Assembly (NCBI GenBank): GCA_963773095.1
Contig: CAVYZY010000002.1
Coordinates: forward strand, 267,649 to 331,648
Length of the DNA: 64,000 bases
Direction: 5' to 3'
From: an uncultured Gemmatimonadales bacterium
Lineage (GTDB): Bacteria > Gemmatimonadota > Gemmatimonadetes > Gemmatimonadales > GWC2-71-9
The position numbers and the translations under genes are program-made. This document shows, one piece after another, positions 44,120-51,893 of this stretch (positions are counted from its first letter, which is position 1; each line of letters begins with the position of its first letter). The notes beneath the pieces are model-generated. The model saw only the letters and a list, made by a program, of their open reading frames with translations. It did no database searches and had not been told where the DNA came from.

Positions 44120-44856
44120 GGTCGATTGACCTGGCCGGCAAGGTCGCCTTCGTCACGGGGAGCACGAGGGGCATCGGGCTCGCCATCGCCAGGACGCTGC
44201 ACGAGGCCGGGGCCCGGGTGGCCGTGGCCGGGCGCGATGCCGCGCGAGCGCAGGAAGTTGCGACGGGACTGGGCGCCGGCACGGTGGGCGTGGGATGCGA
44301 GGTCACGGACGCGGCCCAGGTAACGGGCGCCATCGCCACGGTCGAGCAGGCGCTCGGCCCCATCGATATCTTGGTGAACAACGCCGGGCTCACCCGGGAC
44401 AATATCCTGCTGCGGCTGAGCGAAGCCGACTGGGACGCGGTGCTGGATGCCAACCTCAAGGGGGCGTTCCTCACCATGCGCGCGGTGACCAAGGGCATGA
44501 TGAAGCGCCGGAGCGGACGCATCATCAACATCACCAGCGTGGTCGGCCTGATCGGCAACAAGGGGCAGGCGAACTATGCCGCTAGCAAGGCGGGCCTGAT
44601 CGGCCTGACCAAGTCGGCGGCCAGGGAATACGCCAGCCGGGGCATCCTGATCAACTGCATCGCGCCGGGCTTCATCGAGACGGACATGACGGCCGCCTTG
44701 CCCGAGGATGCACGGAAAGTCTTATTAGAGGAGATCGCGCTGGGCCGACTGGGGGCGCCCGCCGACATCGCGAATGCGGTGCTCTTCCTGGCGTCCGACC
44801 TGGCGAGCTACGTGACGGGGCAGGTGCTGGTGGTCGACGGTGGCATGGTCATCTGA
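44116..44856 (+). CDS. fabG: 3-oxoacyl-ACP reductase
   Basis: [13 protein letters not shown], catalytic [23 protein letters not shown] overlap with fabD. Confidence 0.93.
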   Translation: MRSIDLAGKVAFVTGSTRGIGLAIARTLHEAGARVAVAGRDAARAQEVATGLGAGTVGVGCEVTDAAQVTGAIATVEQALGPIDILVNNAGLTRDNILLRLSEADWDAVLDANLKGAFLTMRAVTKGMMKRRSGRIINITSVVGLIGNKGQANYAASKAGLIGLTKSAAREYASRGILINCIAPGFIETDMTAALPEDARKVLLEEIALGRLGAPADIANAVLFLASDLASYVTGQVLVVDGGMVI

Positions 44857-44893
44857 GCGCGTTGCAGGAACTCATTTCTTCATCGAGGAACAC

Positions 44894-45139
44894 ATGGCCG
44901 ACAGCAACGTGGAAGACAAGGTCAAGGACATCATCGTCGAGGAACTCGGCGTCGAGCGCGAGAAGCTCACCAGCGAGGCGAGCTTCATGGAAGACCTCGG
45001 GGCCGACAGCCTCGACACGGTCGAGCTCGTGATGGCCTTCGAGAAAGAGTTCGACATCGACATCCCGGACGAGGACGCGGAGAAGCTGCGTACCGTCGGT
45101 GATGCGATGAAGTATCTCCACGACAAGATCGGCAAGTAA
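44894..45139 (+). CDS. acpP: Acyl carrier protein
   Basis: 81 aa with the phosphopantetheine site [19 protein letters not shown]. Confidence 0.94.
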   Translation: MADSNVEDKVKDIIVEELGVEREKLTSEASFMEDLGADSLDTVELVMAFEKEFDIDIPDEDAEKLRTVGDAMKYLHDKIGK

Positions 45140-46381
45140 TTGGCACGGCGCGTCGTCGTGACGGGCCTCGGGCTCGTCACCCCCGTTGGCAACACGGTTG
45201 AGGAAAGCTGGGCCAGCCTGCTCGCGGGCCGGCCCGGGGCGGGGCCCATCACCCGGTTCGATCCGTCACGGCTCAGCGTGCGGTTCGCCTGCGAGGTGAA
45301 GGGCTTCGACGCCCTGCAGTACATCGATCGCAAGGAGGCCAAGCGGTACGACCTCTTCGCGCAGTACGCGATCGGTGCGGCCCACCAGGCGGTGATGCAG
45401 GCACGCCTGACCGAGACCGCGCCCGACAAGAACCGGGTGGGTGTGGTCATGGGCAGCGGCATCGGCGGCATGCAGACCTTCGAGGACAACTGCACCGCCT
45501 ACGCGCTGAAGGGGCCCGATCGCGTATCACCGTTCTTCGTCCCGATGTTCATCCCGAACATGGCCGGCGGCCTCGTCTCGATGCGATACGGGTTCAAGGG
45601 GCCCAACTTCGCGCCGGTGTCGGCGTGCGCGTCGTCAGCCCATGCCATCGGCGAGTCCTACCGGATGATCATGGACGGCATGACGGACGCCATGGTCACC
45701 GGCGGCTCGGAGGCCTGCGTCACCGGGCTCACGATCGCGGCGTTCTCTAACATGAAGGCGATGTCCACCCGCAACGACGATCCGGCCACGGCGAGCCGAC
45801 CGTTCGACCGCGACCGGGACGGCTTCGTGCTGGGCGACGGCGGCGCGTGCCTCATCCTCGAGAGCCTGGAGCACGCGGAGAAGCGCGGCGCCGAGATCCT
45901 CGGGGAGGTCTGCGGCTACGGGCTGTCGGGCGACGCGTATCACATGTCCGCCCCGGCACCCGAGGGTGAAGGCGCGCAGCGCGCGATGCGCATGTGCCTC
46001 GAGAGCGGCAGGATCGACCCCACGGACGTCGGCTACGTCAACGCACATGGCACGTCGACGCCACTCGGCGACATCGCCGAGACCCAGGCGGTGAAGGCGG
46101 TATTCGGCGCGCACGCGCGCAAGCTGATCTTCGGGTCCACCAAGTCGATGACCGGGCACCTGCTTGGCGGCGCCGGCGGGCTCGAGTGCGTGGTGGCGCT
46201 GCTGGCGGTGATGCGAGGCGAAATCCCGCCCACGATCAACCAGTTCCACCAGGACCCGGAGTGCGACCTGGACTGCGCGCCGAACAAGATGGTGCGGAAG
46301 GACTTCAAGGTGGCGGTGTCGAACGCCTTCGGTTTCGGCGGGCACAATGCGGCCCTGGCGGTGAAGCGCTTCGAGGGATAA
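45140..46381 (+). CDS. fabF: 3-oxoacyl-ACP synthase II
   Basis: TTG start immediately after the acpP stop. RRVVVTGLGLVTPVGN, active-site SACASSAH, NAHGTSTPLGD, SNAFGFGGHNA. Confidence 0.92.
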   Translation: MARRVVVTGLGLVTPVGNTVEESWASLLAGRPGAGPITRFDPSRLSVRFACEVKGFDALQYIDRKEAKRYDLFAQYAIGAAHQAVMQARLTETAPDKNRVGVVMGSGIGGMQTFEDNCTAYALKGPDRVSPFFVPMFIPNMAGGLVSMRYGFKGPNFAPVSACASSAHAIGESYRMIMDGMTDAMVTGGSEACVTGLTIAAFSNMKAMSTRNDDPATASRPFDRDRDGFVLGDGGACLILESLEHAEKRGAEILGEVCGYGLSGDAYHMSAPAPEGEGAQRAMRMCLESGRIDPTDVGYVNAHGTSTPLGDIAETQAVKAVFGAHARKLIFGSTKSMTGHLLGGAGGLECVVALLAVMRGEIPPTINQFHQDPECDLDCAPNKMVRKDFKVAVSNAFGFGGHNAALAVKRFEG

Positions 46382-46385
46382 CAGG

Positions 46386-46421
46386 GCGGGTAAGGCGGGT
46401 AAGCCGGGTACGGCGGATAGA
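46386..46421 (+). repeat. 9-bp tandem array (GCGGGTAAG x2 perfect, then 2 degenerate copies) just after the fabF stop
   Basis: GCGGGTAAG (46386-46394), GCGGGTAAG (46395-46403), CCGGGTACG (46404-46412), GCGGATAGA (46413-46421). Confidence 0.85.
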
Positions 46422-46424
46422 GAG

Positions 46425-46457
46425 CCCCGATCGCATCGCATCGATCGGGGCATTTTC
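46425..46457 (+). terminator. Rho-independent terminator of the fab operon
   Basis: Perfect 9-bp stem CCCCGATCG (46425-46433) / CGATCGGGG (46442-46450) with loop CATCGCAT, followed by CATTTTC. Confidence 0.7.
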
Positions 46458-46558
46458 ATGCTCTGGCGCCCCCCGGGGGCGTATGCCATGTTAGCCGTGG
46501 ATCGTGCCGGGCGCGGCTGCATCCCGGCTGGCCCTGTCACTCCGTCCAGGAGGGACTC

Positions 46559-47077
46559 ATGCGATCGCTCACGATTGCTGCGCTGGTCTCCTCACTCGCA
46601 CCGTTCGGCCTTGTGGCCCAGGGGCCGCCTCCAGAAACCGCCAAGCTCGGATACTACGAGGGCAAGTGGGACCTGGCGGGGGAGGACCAGAAGGGCCCGA
46701 TGGGTTCGGGCGGGAAGACCACCGGCACCGAGAAGTGCGAATGGTTCGAAGGTCGCTTCGCGATGGTGTGCCGCGCCGACGTCAATACGCCGGGCGGGCC
46801 AGGCAAGTCGATGTCGACCTATACCTACAACACCGAGAAGAAGAAGTACTCCTTCGACGGTATCGACAGTTACGGTGCCGACATCAGTGCCACCGGCGTG
46901 ATCGCGGCCAGTGCGTGGCACTGGACGAGCTATCCCATGACCATGCCCGACGGTTCCTACGTCATCAAGTACGACGTGACGCCGGTCTCCGATCGCGAGT
47001 ACACCTACACGTGGAGGTGGTCGAAGAACAAGGGCGCGTGGCATGTGGGCGGCGCGGGCCGCGCCAGGAAGAAATAG
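46559..47077 (+). CDS. Small secreted hypothetical protein (pattern reminiscent of DUF1579-type proteins)
   Basis: RBS GGAGGG upstream. Signal peptide MRSLTIAALVSSLAPFGLVAQ. Lys/Tyr/Thr-rich beta-type sequence. Visibly less GC-biased codons than its neighbours. Confidence 0.6.
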   Translation: MRSLTIAALVSSLAPFGLVAQGPPPETAKLGYYEGKWDLAGEDQKGPMGSGGKTTGTEKCEWFEGRFAMVCRADVNTPGGPGKSMSTYTYNTEKKKYSFDGIDSYGADISATGVIAASAWHWTSYPMTMPDGSYVIKYDVTPVSDREYTYTWRWSKNKGAWHVGGAGRARKK

Positions 47078-47222
47078 GGCTCATGGAATCCCGGGCGCGC
47101 AGCAATGGAAAGTGTACCGGCTGCTCGGATAGGCGGTGTACCCGGGGCGGACTCTGGCACCACTGGCGGGGAATGGTGTAGATTGATGGGAGACGTTAGT
47201 TACGGTCCCACAAGGAGATAGC

Positions 47223-48416
47223 ATGGCGCCGACCCTCGATCCAGGCCGGCTGCGCGACTCCGCCCTTCGCCCCATCGCCGAGAAGGTTCTCGAGGGCGCT
47301 CGGCTCTCGGCCGCAGACGCCCGGACACTGTATACCACCACCGACCTGACCGGACTGGGGCGACTCGCCGACATGGCGAACCAGCGTCGCAACGGCGACC
47401 GCGTGTTCTTCTCCGCCAACCAGCACATCAATCCCACGAACATCTGCGTGCTGCGGAACACCTGCACGTTCTGCTCGTTCGCGCGCATGCCGAAGGAGGA
47501 GGGCGGGTACACCCGCTCCCTCGAGGAGGTCTTCGCCGAGGCGGAGCAGGCCCGGGGCACGCCGACGACGGAGTTTCACATCGTGGGCGGGCTGCACCCG
47601 AAGCTGCGCCTGAGCTACTACACCGACATGATCCGGGGGCTCAAGGAGCGCTTCCCGCAGGTGCACATCAAGGCGCTGACGGCGGTGGAGATCGCACACC
47701 TGGCGCGGATCGAGAAGGTCGCGGAGCGCGACGTGCTGATCGCCATGAAGGCGGCAGGGCTCACGAGCCTGCCGGGCGGCGGTGCGGAGGTGTTCAGCAC
47801 CGCGGTGCGCGCCACGATCGCGGAGCGGAAGCTGACGGGACAGGAATGGCTGCGGGTGCATCGCGTGGCGCACGAGCTCGGCATCCCGAGCAACTGCACC
47901 ATGTTGTACGGGCATGTCGAGACGGTGGACGACCGGATCGAGCACCTGGGCATGCTGCGCGAGCTGCAGGACGGGACCGGCGGCTTCCTGACCTACATCC
48001 CGCTGGCGTACCACCCGGACAACAACGAGCTGGGCGAGGAACTGGGGCGCGTCGGCTCGGCGACGACCGGCTACGAGGACCTGCGGAACATCGCCGTGGG
48101 CCGGCTCTTCCTGGACAACATTCCGCACATCAAGACGCACTGGCCGATGGTGACGCCGTTTCTCTCCCAGATCGCGCTGGCGTACGGCTGCGACGACGTC
48201 GAGGGCACGGTGGTGTACGAGCGCATCTATCACGAGGCCGGGGCCCATACGGCGATGCACATGCCCTACGAGCAGCTGGTGCGCATGATCCGCGGTGCAG
48301 GGAAGCGGCCGGTGGAGCGCAACAGCCTGTACGAGGCGGTGCGAGAGGACTTCACCGAGCTGGCGCCCGACGCGCCGGGGCCGTTCGCGTCCGCACCGGT
48401 GGTGCACGCCGCATGA
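47223..48416 (+). CDS. mqnE: Radical SAM menaquinone (futalosine pathway) enzyme, MqnE-like (aminofutalosine synthase); MqnC not excluded
   Basis: AAGGAG RBS. NQHINPTNICVLRNTCTFCSFAR cluster region. Shows the MqnE/MqnC/CofH family layout and lies directly upstream of mqnA. Confidence 0.65.
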   Translation: MAPTLDPGRLRDSALRPIAEKVLEGARLSAADARTLYTTTDLTGLGRLADMANQRRNGDRVFFSANQHINPTNICVLRNTCTFCSFARMPKEEGGYTRSLEEVFAEAEQARGTPTTEFHIVGGLHPKLRLSYYTDMIRGLKERFPQVHIKALTAVEIAHLARIEKVAERDVLIAMKAAGLTSLPGGGAEVFSTAVRATIAERKLTGQEWLRVHRVAHELGIPSNCTMLYGHVETVDDRIEHLGMLRELQDGTGGFLTYIPLAYHPDNNELGEELGRVGSATTGYEDLRNIAVGRLFLDNIPHIKTHWPMVTPFLSQIALAYGCDDVEGTVVYERIYHEAGAHTAMHMPYEQLVRMIRGAGKRPVERNSLYEAVREDFTELAPDAPGPFASAPVVHAA

Positions 48417-49234
48417 GACTCGGCCGCATCCCGTGGATCAACTGCTATCCGGTGTACGGCGCCATCGACCGCGGGCTGGTGACGGCGCGCGCCGAGTTGG
48501 TGACGGGCACGGCCTCCGACCTCAACGACCTGATGGCGGCGGGCGAGCTGGACCTGAGCGTGGTGTCGGCGGTGGAGTACGCGCGCAACGCGGCCGCGTA
48601 TCACCTGCTGCCCGACCTCGCCATCAGCTGCGACGGGCCGGTCCACAGCGTGCGGCTCTTCTCACGCCGGCCGATCACGGAGCTGGACGAGGCCACCGTG
48701 CTGCTCAGCTCATCGTCGCGCACCTCGGTGCTCCTGCTCGAGCTCCTGTGCCGCCACCGGTGGAAGGTGGCGCCGCGCTTCGCGACAGTGCGCGCCGAGG
48801 CAACCGACCTCGCGGCCCTGTCGCGGTTTCCGCACGACGCCGTGCTCGTCATCGGCGACGCGGCGCTGGTGCTGGCCTCGCGCGGCGTCTATCCGTACCA
48901 GGTGGACCTGGGCGAGGCGTGGAAGGACTGGACCGGCCTACCGTTCGTTTTCGCGGTGTGGGCGGCGCAGCGGCGCGCCGACCAGCAGCAGGTGCGTGCC
49001 GCGCACGCGCAGCTGAAGGAATCGCGCGACTGGGGCCTCGCGCATCTCGACCTGCTGGCCGACCAGGCCTGGGCCACGACCGGCATCGACCGGCAGGGGT
49101 GCCGTGATTACCTGGGCGACCTGGACTACCGATTTTCCTACCGGCACCTGGCCGGACTGACGGATTTCTTCCGGCGGCTGGCGCAGGACGGCCTCGTTCC
49201 CGACGGGAGCCTGAGCTTCATCAGTGCGGCGTAA
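48413..49234 (+). CDS. mqnA: Chorismate dehydratase MqnA
   Basis: MRLGRIPWINCYPVYGAI (family start is typically M.IG.I.YLN..P). Periplasmic-binding-protein-like fold pattern. ATGA overlap with the upstream gene. Confidence 0.8.
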   Translation: MRLGRIPWINCYPVYGAIDRGLVTARAELVTGTASDLNDLMAAGELDLSVVSAVEYARNAAAYHLLPDLAISCDGPVHSVRLFSRRPITELDEATVLLSSSSRTSVLLLELLCRHRWKVAPRFATVRAEATDLAALSRFPHDAVLVIGDAALVLASRGVYPYQVDLGEAWKDWTGLPFVFAVWAAQRRADQQQVRAAHAQLKESRDWGLAHLDLLADQAWATTGIDRQGCRDYLGDLDYRFSYRHLAGLTDFFRRLAQDGLVPDGSLSFISAA

Positions 49235-49240
49235 TAGGCG

Positions 49241-49303
49241 GTAAGAGTTAAGAGTTAAGAGCTAAAGAGTCGTCGTGTCGTGGGTCGTGGGTCGTGGGTC
49301 GTG
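49241..49303 (+). repeat. Two adjacent heptamer tandem arrays in the mqnA / mqnC-like intergenic region
   Basis: GTAAGAG-TTAAGAG-TTAAGAG-CTAAAGAG (49241-49269), followed directly by TCGTCGTG-TCGTGGG-TCGTGGG-TCGTGGG-TCGTG (49270-49303). Confidence 0.9.
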
Positions 49304-49315
49304 AAAGGGTATGGC

Positions 49316-50374
49316 ATGGTCGAGAGGACATCCGCGGAATTCAAGGGGTACCTGGAGCTCTATCAGAGGGCCCCACTGCTCGAACTGGCCGAGATGGCCG
49401 ACGCCGAGCGGTGGCGGCACCATCCGGACCCGGAGGTGACGTACATCATCGACCGGAACATCAACTACACCAACGTCTGCGTGGCGGACTGTGGCTTCTG
49501 CGCGTTCTATCGCCGGCCCAAGAGCCACGAAGGCTACGTCCTGAGCTTCGAGCAGATCGGCCGCAAGATCGACGAGTGCAAGGCGCTGGGCGGGGCGCAG
49601 ATCCTCCTGCAGGGCGGGCACAACCCGTACATTCCGTTCGAGTGGTACCTCGAGCTGATGCAGTACATCAAGAAGCATCATCGCATCCACATCCACGGCT
49701 TCTCGCCATCGGAAGTGGTCTTCTTCAGCGAGCGCTTCCGGATGCCGGTGCGCGACGTGGTGCGGCAGCTGCGCGAAGCGGGGCTCGACAGCATCCCGGG
49801 CGGCGGCGGCGAAATCCTGGTGGACCGTATCCGCCAGCGGGTCGCGGCGAAGAAGGCGCAGACCGAGGAATGGCTTGGCGTGCAGGAAGAAGCGCACCGG
49901 CAGGGCATGAAGACCTCGGTGACGATGATGTATGGCCTGGGCGAAACGGACGAGGACCGGATCGAGCACCTGCTGCGCGTGCGCGACCTGCAGGCGAGGA
50001 CCGGCGGCTTCACGGCGTTCATCTGCTGGCCGCTGCAGCCGGAGGGAACGCCGGAGATGTCGCAGCAGCCGAAGACCGATGCCGTGACTTACCTGCGCAC
50101 GCTGGCCCTGAGCCGCATCGTGCTCACCAACGTGCCCAACCTCCAGTCGTCGTGGGTCACGATGGGCCACAAGGTCGGGCAGGTGGCCCTGCGCTATGGC
50201 GCGAACGACTACGGCAGCCTGATGATGGAAGAGAACGTGGTGTCGGCGGCGGGCACGACGTTCCGCACCACGGTGGTCGAGATCGAGCGCAACATCACGG
50301 ACGCGGGCTTCACCCCGCGCCGGCGGCGCCAGGACTATTCGCTGATCGAGTCGCAGCAGACCGTCGCGGCATGA
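49316..50374 (+). CDS. mqnC: Radical SAM menaquinone (futalosine pathway) enzyme, MqnC-like (cyclic dehypoxanthinyl futalosine synthase); MqnE not excluded
   Basis: IDRNINYTNVCVADCGFCAFYR (canonical CX3CX2C), LLQGGHNP. Start is ATG 49316, or GTG 49280 inside the repeat array. Confidence 0.65.
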   Translation: MVERTSAEFKGYLELYQRAPLLELAEMADAERWRHHPDPEVTYIIDRNINYTNVCVADCGFCAFYRRPKSHEGYVLSFEQIGRKIDECKALGGAQILLQGGHNPYIPFEWYLELMQYIKKHHRIHIHGFSPSEVVFFSERFRMPVRDVVRQLREAGLDSIPGGGGEILVDRIRQRVAAKKAQTEEWLGVQEEAHRQGMKTSVTMMYGLGETDEDRIEHLLRVRDLQARTGGFTAFICWPLQPEGTPEMSQQPKTDAVTYLRTLALSRIVLTNVPNLQSSWVTMGHKVGQVALRYGANDYGSLMMEENVVSAAGTTFRTTVVEIERNITDAGFTPRRRRQDYSLIESQQTVAA

Positions 50375-50847
50375 CACGCACGGGCATCGGGTACGACTCG
50401 CACCGGTTCGCCCCGGGCCGCCGTCTCGTCCTCGGCGGCATCACGATTCCCCATCCCGAGGGCCTTGCGGGGCACTCCGATGCCGACGTGGTGGCGCACG
50501 CCCTCACCGATGCCATTCTCGGGGCCGCCGGTGCCGGAAGCATCGGCGGCCTCTTTCCCGACACCGACACGCGCTGGAAGGATGCCGACTCGATGGTCCT
50601 GCTGCGCGAGGCATACGCGGCGGTGCAGGCACGGGGCTATGCCTTCGTGCAGTGCGACATCACAGTGATCGCCGAGGCCCCGAAGATCGCGCCGCATGCC
50701 GCAGAGATGGCCGCGCGCCTCGCCGGGGTGCTCGGTGCCGAGCCGGGTGACGTGAACGTCAAGGGGAAGAGCAACGAGGGCATGGGATTCATCGGGCGGC
50801 GCGAAGGCATGGCGGCCATCGCGGTCGCGACGCTGGAGCGACGCTGA
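50371..50847 (+). CDS. ispF: 2-C-methyl-D-erythritol 2,4-cyclodiphosphate synthase
   Basis: GIGYDSHRF, GHSDADVVAHALTDAILGA, KAKTNE-like KGKSNEGMGFIGR. ATGA overlap with the upstream gene. Confidence 0.93.
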   Translation: MTRTGIGYDSHRFAPGRRLVLGGITIPHPEGLAGHSDADVVAHALTDAILGAAGAGSIGGLFPDTDTRWKDADSMVLLREAYAAVQARGYAFVQCDITVIAEAPKIAPHAAEMAARLAGVLGAEPGDVNVKGKSNEGMGFIGRREGMAAIAVATLERR

Positions 50848-50891
50848 TCGACGCCATCCTGGGCTGGCTCGCCTCCCTGCCTCCGGCAGGG

Positions 50892-51893
50892 GTGTATGCG
50901 GTCCTCGCGGTCCTGGCCTTCCTCGAGAACATCGTCCCGATCGTGCCGGCCGACGTGGCCGTGGCGCTGGGCGCATTCCTTTCGCATGCCGGAACCACCA
51001 GGCCGCTCGCGGTCTTCCTCATCGCGTGGTCGTGCAATACGGCTGGCGCGATGCTGATATACGCCCTCGTGCGTCGGTCGGGCCGGAACATCTTCAATCT
51101 CCCCATCGTCCGCCGGCTGATGGCGCCCGAATCGATCGCGGTAATCGAACGGGACTACCTGCGCCTCGGCATGGTCGGCTTGCTGGTGGCGCGTTTCCTC
51201 CCCGGGATCCGCGCGGTGGTACCGCCCTTCGCCGGCATGCTCCGGATCCCCGCGTGGCGCGTCTTCCTCATCATCGCGCTGGTCTCCGGCACCTGGTACG
51301 GGGCGGTCACCTGGGTCGGCGCGGTTGCCGGCAGCGAGTTCGACCGGGTGCAGGAGCTGCTGCACAGCATGGGCACGACGACGGCACTCGTGGCCTTGAT
51401 CCTCGCCGCAGCAATAGCGCTGTTCGTTCATTCCCGACGGCGGCGGCGCGAGGAGCCGGTCGTCAGTGCCGTCAGGGCGGCTCTTGGCGGCGACGCGGAC
51501 CTCGAGGCGCCGGTGGACCTGCGCCACGCGGCCCAGCTGGTCATCGAGATCGCCTACGCCGACTCCGGGCTCGACGCAGAGGAACGATCCCGGGTGGAGC
51601 GCGACCTTCGGGCGCGCTGGGGACTCGCGCCTCGTGCGGCAAAGGCGTCCGCGGCGAGCAGCGGGGCCGAGGAAGGGCGCCTTCACCGGCTGGGGCAGCG
51701 CCTGCACGGCGAAGTAGGAGAGGAACGCCGGCTCTTGCTGATCGAGCAGATGTGGCAGTCGCTCTTCGCCGACCGCGGCGTCGACCCGCAGCAGGAGTCG
51801 TGGCTGCTGGGTCGTGCAGCTGAGCTGCTTGGGCTCGGCGCGGATGAGGTGGAGCGGGTAAGGGCAGTGGCAGCGTCCGGTCGTCAGTCGTGA
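50892..51893 (+). CDS. DedA-family membrane protein fused to a TerB-like C-terminal domain; true start probably upstream (see findings)
   Basis: DedA core FLENIVPIVPADVAVALGAF ... ARFLPGIRAVVPPFAGM. After the last TM and an RRRRREE stop-transfer, two TerB-like helical halves follow (LVIEIAYADSGLDAEERSRVERDL and LLLIEQMWQSLFADRGVDPQQESWLLGRAAELLGL). Confidence 0.7.
   Translation: MYAVLAVLAFLENIVPIVPADVAVALGAFLSHAGTTRPLAVFLIAWSCNTAGAMLIYALVRRSGRNIFNLPIVRRLMAPESIAVIERDYLRLGMVGLLVARFLPGIRAVVPPFAGMLRIPAWRVFLIIALVSGTWYGAVTWVGAVAGSEFDRVQELLHSMGTTTALVALILAAAIALFVHSRRRRREEPVVSAVRAALGGDADLEAPVDLRHAAQLVIEIAYADSGLDAEERSRVERDLRARWGLAPRAAKASAASSGAEEGRLHRLGQRLHGEVGEERRLLLIEQMWQSLFADRGVDPQQESWLLGRAAELLGLGADEVERVRAVAASGRQS

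Noticed and set aside
46467-46481. Palindrome CGCCCCC-C-GGGGGCG downstream of the fab terminator
   Set aside because: It has a one-nucleotide loop and no U-tract, and it lies after an already convincing terminator. It could be a protein-binding palindrome, but I have no support for that.
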